A DNA stretch of 64,000 bases, taken from contig JBBDOX010000016.1 of the NCBI GenBank assembly GCA_040876835.1, positions 23,414 to 87,413 of the forward strand, read 5' to 3'. The DNA is from Candidatus Anderseniibacteriota bacterium (GTDB lineage Bacteria > Patescibacteriota > Andersenbacteria > UBA10190). Numbering within the stretch: the stretch's first letter is position 1; every line of letters begins with the position of its first letter. Below, one piece after another: positions 57,919-64,000 of this stretch. The notes beneath the pieces are model-generated. The model did not search any database. It was not told where the DNA came from and saw only the letters and a list, made by a program, of their open reading frames with translations. The translations under genes and the position numbers were made by a program.

Positions 57919-59226
57919 TTAAGCGTATGGCAAATTATCTGGTGGACTCTGTAGCCCAGCCTTGGCTCGTTCGACACTCGGAGCTCGTAAGTACTTTACG
58001 GGGAAATGATACAGTGTCGCCAGCTCTTCTGCAGAAAACCACTGCCCTGAACCCCGGCCCCAGAAGTCTCGCCACTGGAAATTCAACAGAACACGCTTTT
58101 CTCGCCAGTAGCGTCGTTTATCCCGCAATAAGTAGTTTGGGCCGTTGGTCTTAGTGGTTGGCTCCGGCCGCAGCGAATTCAAGTGAAAGGTGTTGTACTG
58201 CTTGAATACGCCAAAAGCTCGGCCAATGTTAGGCTTTTTCATCTGTCCTATAGGCGCAATGTGAATAATGCGTATCTTGGCGTGGAAAACCGATTGCGAA
58301 GATTTCAGAAGAATCCCCTTCATTTTTGCCTCATCTACCGGATTGAAGAAGCGCAGTTGCTGCTGTTTCTTTTCTTCCATTATCTCGATCGGTCCCTGTG
58401 TAGCTGCCTGTAATAGTTCTCCAGGGAAAGATTTACCAGCCTTTTTGAGCCGATCGAAAAATGTATCAGGCTCATCAGGTGCCTGTCCGGCAATGCGGGC
58501 TACTTCCGTTTGCCCCTTTTCGGAGAAGGCCACCATATCCTTGGCGTTTTCTGGGCGGATTAGTAGTTGAAACCAGAACTCCTCTCCAGGATTAATACTG
58601 GTGAGAGAGTCCACCATGCCGGCATGAGGGTCGATATACTTGTCTTCCTCCGCCAGCATTGATTCAAATTCCGGGAAGGTTTTAATCGGATAAATCTGAT
58701 CTCCAGCCAGATCAACCTCACTACCCCACAACTCATACTTCTTCCGTAAATCCCGCCAGTTGTAGCGCAGGGTATAGTCCTCAACTTCTCGAATATTGGC
58801 TTTGGGATATTGTCCATAAATCGCTCCCTCGAAGAACTGTCGATGAGCCGTTGGTACGACCATAATATATTTGGCCTTACCGGGCAAAAACTGCATCTCG
58901 CAGCTGTACCAGGCTTCCAGGTATCCGTCGAAGTACTGCTCAACCAGGTCCGGACTTTTATGGATACCACCTAGCACCTCATACATGATTTCCATAGACT
59001 TGGGCGTCTCCTCGGATTCCGGGGGAATGGTGACTTGCAGGAAGGTCCACTCAATGGCACTAACGTAGTCGATCATTTTAAGAATTCGATACGTTATCCA
59101 GGCAATCCATAAAATGAGACATAGCACCATCAGCCAACCTATTACCAAGAGTGTAGGAGTGAGGGTTAGAAATGCTTCCCCGAACGTAGGGGTTGCTGAT
59201 TGTTGGATGAAGGATATCTGTAACAC
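57919..59226 (-). CDS. Membrane-anchored partner of the TraD-like ATPase (CPR-type)
   Basis: N-terminal TM, YPIKTF, EELATLYHFP, PPDNLP; 3 bp from the ATPase start. Confidence 0.75.
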   Translation of the reverse strand: MLQISFIQQSATPTFGEAFLTLTPTLLVIGWLMVLCLILWIAWITYRILKMIDYVSAIEWTFLQVTIPPESEETPKSMEIMYEVLGGIHKSPDLVEQYFDGYLEAWYSCEMQFLPGKAKYIMVVPTAHRQFFEGAIYGQYPKANIREVEDYTLRYNWRDLRKKYELWGSEVDLAGDQIYPIKTFPEFESMLAEEDKYIDPHAGMVDSLTSINPGEEFWFQLLIRPENAKDMVAFSEKGQTEVARIAGQAPDEPDTFFDRLKKAGKSFPGELLQAATQGPIEIMEEKKQQQLRFFNPVDEAKMKGILLKSSQSVFHAKIRIIHIAPIGQMKKPNIGRAFGVFKQYNTFHLNSLRPEPTTKTNGPNYLLRDKRRYWREKRVLLNFQWRDFWGRGSGQWFSAEELATLYHFPVKYLRAPSVERAKAGLQSPPDNLPYA

Positions 59227-59266
59227 AGGATGTCTCTTATTGTACTTTGAATATTGCTACTAACAA

Positions 59267-59291
59267 ACAGCCCGCGTATTAGGCGGGCTGT
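59267..59291 (-). terminator. Terminator hairpin
   Basis: ACAGCCCGC-N7-GCGGGCTGT just after the stop codon. Confidence 0.65.
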
Positions 59292-59294
59292 GAG

Positions 59295-60341
59295 TTACAT
59301 CTGAGGGGCGACTTGGACAGTATATCGGTCCTCGCCAGTTTTCTTAAATCGCTTGTTATTCTGAAGACTTAAGAGGATGGTGTTCTTTTTGACCAACCGC
59401 TGCTTGAGAACTTCTTCGATTAACTCTTCCCGACTCAGGGGGTGCTGTGCCTGCTTTAGGATTGATTCCAGCACATCAGCAACGGTACCACTGACATAGC
59501 CCCACTCTTTTAGTCCATACAGTCCGCGGCCGACTAATACAAAGCGGCTGTCTTTAATGAGCTCATTATGAACAGTTTGGGGGTTAGCTTGCTTATGGTC
59601 GAATTTCGCGTCGTTGATCATCTCAGTAATTTCGCGGAAGTGAGCTGGTTTTTCATGACGGCGCAGAACAGCGTATGCCTTGTCCCCTACTCCGCGAGGG
59701 GAAGTTTCAGCCCAACCGATCAGTCCCCATTCGTTAAAGGCAGTTGGGGCAATATTCTTGCTGGCAACCAGGGCGGCGTAAATCGGCTCTCGAGGCAATT
59801 GCAGGTGGTGCATTTCCTGCAAGTGGGATTGGATCTCGGCAATCAGAGAATCTAGAGAAATCGGATGATTATGCTTTTTTAAAATGTCGCGCGCAATGAG
59901 CACAATGTCTTCAATCCTCTCGTGTACATGCTGTTCATGACGCCAGTGCGGGTCAAATAGCTTTTCACGAGTTGTGTGATAGAACGCAGGCAAGACATCC
60001 AGATGGAAGTGCACAATATTCGGTGAGTAGGGCTTGCCGGTATTTTCACGCGTAAGCTCTACCACGTGTTTTTCGGCCAAGGCTCCGCCATGAGAGGCGA
60101 AGATGTTTGTTAGTAAATCATAGGCCGGCTTGTATAGATTTTCTAAAGCACCTAAAACTTTCTTGGCATTGGCTTCAATCTGGCGCACGCGCTCACGCGT
60201 AATACCATATTCCTTTCCAATAGATTCAAGTGTTTCTGGCTTATCGCTTTTCAGACCAAAACGGCGCACCACAATGTCCTTGGAACGGGCATCGAGGCCA
60301 CTGAGCATCTCTTCGGTGATTTGGTTGAGGTCTTGAGGCAT
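59295..60341 (-). CDS. Sigma70 region-4 HTH fused to winged-helix (HARE-HTH/RNAP delta-like) domains
   Basis: RRFGL...TLESIGKEYGITRERVRQIE; TVHNELIKDSRFVLVGRGLYGLKEWGY. Confidence 0.82.
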   Translation of the reverse strand: MPQDLNQITEEMLSGLDARSKDIVVRRFGLKSDKPETLESIGKEYGITRERVRQIEANAKKVLGALENLYKPAYDLLTNIFASHGGALAEKHVVELTRENTGKPYSPNIVHFHLDVLPAFYHTTREKLFDPHWRHEQHVHERIEDIVLIARDILKKHNHPISLDSLIAEIQSHLQEMHHLQLPREPIYAALVASKNIAPTAFNEWGLIGWAETSPRGVGDKAYAVLRRHEKPAHFREITEMINDAKFDHKQANPQTVHNELIKDSRFVLVGRGLYGLKEWGYVSGTVADVLESILKQAQHPLSREELIEEVLKQRLVKKNTILLSLQNNKRFKKTGEDRYTVQVAPQM

Positions 60342-60476
60342 ACGATTATGTTAGCATGTATTGAATAAAATGTCAACTAGTGACAGGGAAGAGTTGACGA
60401 TTAGTCAATTCTCCAGTGCTAAAACAGCCTCCTACCATAGGATAAAGGCTGAAATTTGTCCACTCCTGTTATGCCC

Positions 60477-61793
60477 TTAACTGTCAAGGTCCTTTGACAC
60501 GAGAGATCGCAACTGGGCATCGAGTGCTCCGGCAGTGAAGGCAATTATTCGGTCGTAGTCTGAACTAGTTTGGGTGAGGGTATTAGAAAGCTCTGCGGCG
60601 GCGGTTAGTAGGTGTGTCTGAACTCCCTGCTCGGTAAGGAGTGCGGCCAGCTTCTGCGTATGAGGATTAGTCGTTTGCGCTTCACGGCCGACGGGGCTGA
60701 ACGGCGGATAGATAATAACTCCATCAGCCCTGCTAAGGGCTTTCGCAAAATCCAGGAGAAAATGATCCAGGCGTTCACGCATGTGGGCTTCAAAAATAAC
60801 CAGCAGTCGCTCGCCGCTGTACTTTTCTTTCAGACCAGATAGAGTGGTACGAATTTCTTCCGGGTGATGGCCATAGTCGGAGATGACCGGCGTCGTTCGA
60901 AAGCTACCGATTGCTTCCGTTCGCCGCCCTAGTCCCGGAAAGGTACGTAAAAACTGTCTGGCATCTGTTGATGGAATTTTAGCAATTCGGGTAGCTGCAG
61001 TTACAGCCAGCCCGGCGTTTTGCCTCATGTGCTCGCCTGGCAGCGGTACATCGATATCGTCCCAGTCAGAAGGCGGGATTGCAATTGTTTGTGCCGGCCA
61101 AGATAGAGAAGGATGATCAGACTGAATAGCGGCGTGAGTTATTAAGGCTCCGCCAGGCGGCAGCTTGTGAACGAAGCTGTTGTAGGAAGCTTCGACATCT
61201 GCGAGGCTGGAAAAGTAATCAGGGTGATCGAAATCAATTGATGTAATAATAATATGGCTCGGAGTCAGTGCCAGAAAATGATTGCGATACTCATCAGCTT
61301 CAACCACGAATATATTACTTTGACCTACTCTCGCATGCTTGCATTCCCATCCGTCTATCGGAGCTCCAACTAACACTGTTGGATCAAGACCCGCTTCCGT
61401 CAAAACATGCGCCAGAAAAGCCGTAGTTGAAGATTTGCCATGTGTTCCGGCAATGGCAATGGTCATGTACTGAGCCGAGACTTCCCCTAGCGCTTCCTGA
61501 TATGGCTTGATTAAAATGCCATGCTGCTTAGCTGCTCGCAGAACCGGATGGTCTGTATTAACCGAATCAGAGTGTACTACCAGATCCAGCTGTTTGAGCA
61601 CCTGCTCAAATTCGATTTCCGGATAGAGCTCGTATCCTTGCAAGTCCCCCTCACTGGCGTGCTCAGGGCGCAGCTGAGTGTCGGTACCGGCAATTTCGTT
61701 TCCCTGCCGCCATAATATCCATGCCAGACCACGCATACCTGCGCCCAGGACACCAAGCATGCCTATGCGTTGTTTTTGAGTGGATGCCATCAT
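60477..61793 (-). CDS. murC: UDP-N-acetylmuramate--L-alanine ligase
   Basis: GAGM, AGTHGKSST, EADEY, DHPD, DYGHHP. Confidence 0.93.
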   Translation of the reverse strand: MMASTQKQRIGMLGVLGAGMRGLAWILWRQGNEIAGTDTQLRPEHASEGDLQGYELYPEIEFEQVLKQLDLVVHSDSVNTDHPVLRAAKQHGILIKPYQEALGEVSAQYMTIAIAGTHGKSSTTAFLAHVLTEAGLDPTVLVGAPIDGWECKHARVGQSNIFVVEADEYRNHFLALTPSHIIITSIDFDHPDYFSSLADVEASYNSFVHKLPPGGALITHAAIQSDHPSLSWPAQTIAIPPSDWDDIDVPLPGEHMRQNAGLAVTAATRIAKIPSTDARQFLRTFPGLGRRTEAIGSFRTTPVISDYGHHPEEIRTTLSGLKEKYSGERLLVIFEAHMRERLDHFLLDFAKALSRADGVIIYPPFSPVGREAQTTNPHTQKLAALLTEQGVQTHLLTAAAELSNTLTQTSSDYDRIIAFTAGALDAQLRSLVSKDLDS

Positions 61794-61799
61794 ATATTG

Positions 61800-62978
61800 C
61801 TACGACTTCTTTCGCTGCGGCGCAAATCCCTGGGCAATTTTTAGTGACAGGCTGGCGATATCGCGGGCAGCATCCGGATGATCGAGAGCGACAATGTTTT
61901 TCTCCAGCTGAGTCCGGCTTTCGGCATCTCGCATCAACCGCTCAATGTTTTGCAGAAAAATATTCTCACCGAGGTTACTAGGGTCAAGCACTAAGGCCGC
62001 GCCGGCTGCCTCGAAGGCCTGGGCATTCCTGCGCTGGTGGTCGTTGGCTGCACTATCAAGAGGGACAAGTAGGGTCGGTTTTCGTAAAGCAGCTATCTCT
62101 GCCAGGCTGCCGGCTCCAGCGCGGCTGACAATACCGTCAGCGGCCGCCAGGCCATACACCATATTATCGGCCATGTATGGTACTGCCTTGTACATTTCTT
62201 TTCGAGGCGAATGAGCAATTAGTTCACTGGCTACCGTGCTAACAGACTGATGATGCTTGGTTCCGGTAATGTGAAGGATTGCCATGTCGACAATCAACTT
62301 CGGGAGTATTTTCAACAGGTGCTCATTAATCTGCTGTGCTCCTTGGCTGCCACCCATAACCAGCAATAATGGTTCCTGTGGAGGAAACCCCAGTGTCTGT
62401 TTAGCCTGCGCCGGATTTATACGACGCAAGTCGCTGCGCACGGGCGTACCAGTCACAAACATTTTATATTTCCATTTCGGCGCGTATTGCGTGGTCTGAC
62501 TGAACCCGACTGTAACCGCGGCAGCAAAACGCATCAGCAGAGCATTGCCTGAGCCGGGTATGGTATCTGATTCATGAAGCAGAATCGGAATACGGTAAAA
62601 GATCGATGCCAGCACAATTGGGATACTTCCGTAACCGCCCTTACTGATGACTACGTCGGGCATGACGCGCCATACATGTATCAGAGCCTTCACAATTCCA
62701 ACCGGCAGATGGAAAAACAAATCAGGAATTGTTAAGGCCGAGGCATAGCGGCGTATTTTCCCGGAAGGAATATGAGTGGCGGCAATATCAAAGCGGTCAA
62801 AGAACTCACGCGTTTCGGGGTCGACTACTCCCATGAAAGTAATCTTCAGCTCGGCAGGATCGAGGCGCCCGGGTAGAGAATCGCGCACTTTAAGAAACTC
62901 AATCCGTAAAGATTCCACAATCGGCTCCAGTGGCATTACGTGTCCGCCTGTTCCCCCGCCAGTTAATACGATACGCAT
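61800..62978 (-). CDS. murG: MurG glycosyltransferase
   Basis: GGGTGGH, KGGYGS, HESD, GGSQGA, SRAGA, HQRRNA. Confidence 0.96.
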   Translation of the reverse strand: MRIVLTGGGTGGHVMPLEPIVESLRIEFLKVRDSLPGRLDPAELKITFMGVVDPETREFFDRFDIAATHIPSGKIRRYASALTIPDLFFHLPVGIVKALIHVWRVMPDVVISKGGYGSIPIVLASIFYRIPILLHESDTIPGSGNALLMRFAAAVTVGFSQTTQYAPKWKYKMFVTGTPVRSDLRRINPAQAKQTLGFPPQEPLLLVMGGSQGAQQINEHLLKILPKLIVDMAILHITGTKHHQSVSTVASELIAHSPRKEMYKAVPYMADNMVYGLAAADGIVSRAGAGSLAEIAALRKPTLLVPLDSAANDHQRRNAQAFEAAGAALVLDPSNLGENIFLQNIERLMRDAESRTQLEKNIVALDHPDAARDIASLSLKIAQGFAPQRKKS

Positions 62979-62998
62979 GGTTTGAGTATAAATCGGAT

Positions 62999-64000
62999 TT
63001 AGGACTTCTGCTCAGTGAATTTCGAAATGTTCAACAATACTCCGGCGGCAAACAGCAGTGTTGCTAATGCTGAGCCACCATAACTAATGAATGGCAGTGG
63101 AATTCCGGTCAGAGGCGTAATAGCTAAAATTGACCCCATGTTTATAAACGCCTGAATAACAATCCACGCCGTAATGCCGGTGGCCAGGAGTCGTCCAAAG
63201 GCATCCGGTGCGCGTTGAGCAATGTGAAAGCCCTTGACCATAATGATACCAAAAGCAGCGATCAGAAAAAGAACGCGGATAAATCCTAACTCTTCCGCAA
63301 TGATGGCGAAGATAGAATCTCCTGCCGGTTCAGGCAGGTATAGGTACTTCTGTCGACTACGACCAAACCCGAGCCCCCACAATCCTCCCGTACCAACGGC
63401 TAGGAGAGCCTGATTTATCTGGTATCCGATTCCTTGGGGATCCAATTCAGGATGCAAATATACAAAGATGCGGCGTAGCCGATATGTAGCAGTACTTATT
63501 AATACAGTAAACACGGCCACTCCTCCGAACGCAATCATGGCTAAATGTCGTAATCGGACCCCGGCTGCATATACCATAATCATGCCAATAGCGGTAATAC
63601 TGAACAGTGTTCCAACATCAGGCTGGAGGGTTATTAGAAAAGCGATGATAGCCATGATGATTAAAAATGGCACTACTGTTTCTTTCCAGCTGCGGATGGC
63701 ATCTCCTTTTCGCTCAAGCAGAGCGGCGAGATACAAGATAAAAGCCATTTTCGTCAGTTCACTGGGCTGTAGAGTAATCGGACCTACCCCTATCCAGCGG
63801 GATGCCCCACCCGATTCCACCTGCAGACCAGGAATAAAGACCAGGATCAGAAGAATGACGGATACCATCATTGCCGGTAACGCCAGGCCGCGCCACCAAC
63901 GGTATGGAATAAAATATCCAAGAACAAAAGCAACAAGACCGAGCGATATCCCGTAAAATAACTGATGCTTGAGAAAGAAAAAAGGATCATTAAATCGTTC
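62999..64000 (-). CDS. ftsW: FtsW (SEDS family), 5' end outside the window
   Basis: GASRWI, QPSE, QPDVG, GYQ, DSIFAIIAEELG, PFISYGGS; frame open to the window edge; precedes murG. Confidence 0.93.
   Translation of the reverse strand, partial: ERFNDPFFFLKHQLFYGISLGLVAFVLGYFIPYRWWRGLALPAMMVSVILLILVFIPGLQVESGGASRWIGVGPITLQPSELTKMAFILYLAALLERKGDAIRSWKETVVPFLIIMAIIAFLITLQPDVGTLFSITAIGMIMVYAAGVRLRHLAMIAFGGVAVFTVLISTATYRLRRIFVYLHPELDPQGIGYQINQALLAVGTGGLWGLGFGRSRQKYLYLPEPAGDSIFAIIAEELGFIRVLFLIAAFGIIMVKGFHIAQRAPDAFGRLLATGITAWIVIQAFINMGSILAITPLTGIPLPFISYGGSALATLLFAAGVLLNISKFTEQKS

Noticed and set aside
1-64000. CRISPR array, IS/transposase, integrase, rRNA, or alternative genetic code
   Set aside because: No repeat-spacer arrays or mobile-element proteins seen; core genes translate full length with TGA, TAG and TAA all used as stops

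Overview
A roughly 50% GC window, coded almost entirely on the minus strand, from a small-genome bacterium. Gene content points to Patescibacteria/CPR (Parcubacteria-like); this is inference from the short AlaRS and ProRS, a truncated HolB, CPR-typical hypothetical proteins and core genes lacking Shine-Dalgarno sites. It carries housekeeping clusters: infA-rpmJ-rpsMKD-rpoA-rplQ-rplM-rpsI, mreBCD-pbp2, murA with a second mreB, ftsW-murG-murC, secA, secDF, serS/lysS/proS/alaS, dnaX, greA, frr, xseAB and tRNA-Gln(UUG). Between these sit orphan single-gene cassettes with their own SD and terminator, one of which is csrA. The main non-coding discoveries are (1) a complete type III hammerhead ribozyme (17340-17387, minus) in the 5' leader of an uncharacterised 434-aa gene near tRNA-Gln, (2) an unassigned ~195-nt structured RNA candidate between rseP and frr with its own terminator, and (3) an E. 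coli-like A_AAA_AAG frameshift site followed by a -1 frame stop in dnaX. All assignments are by eye; no searches or folding programs were run.
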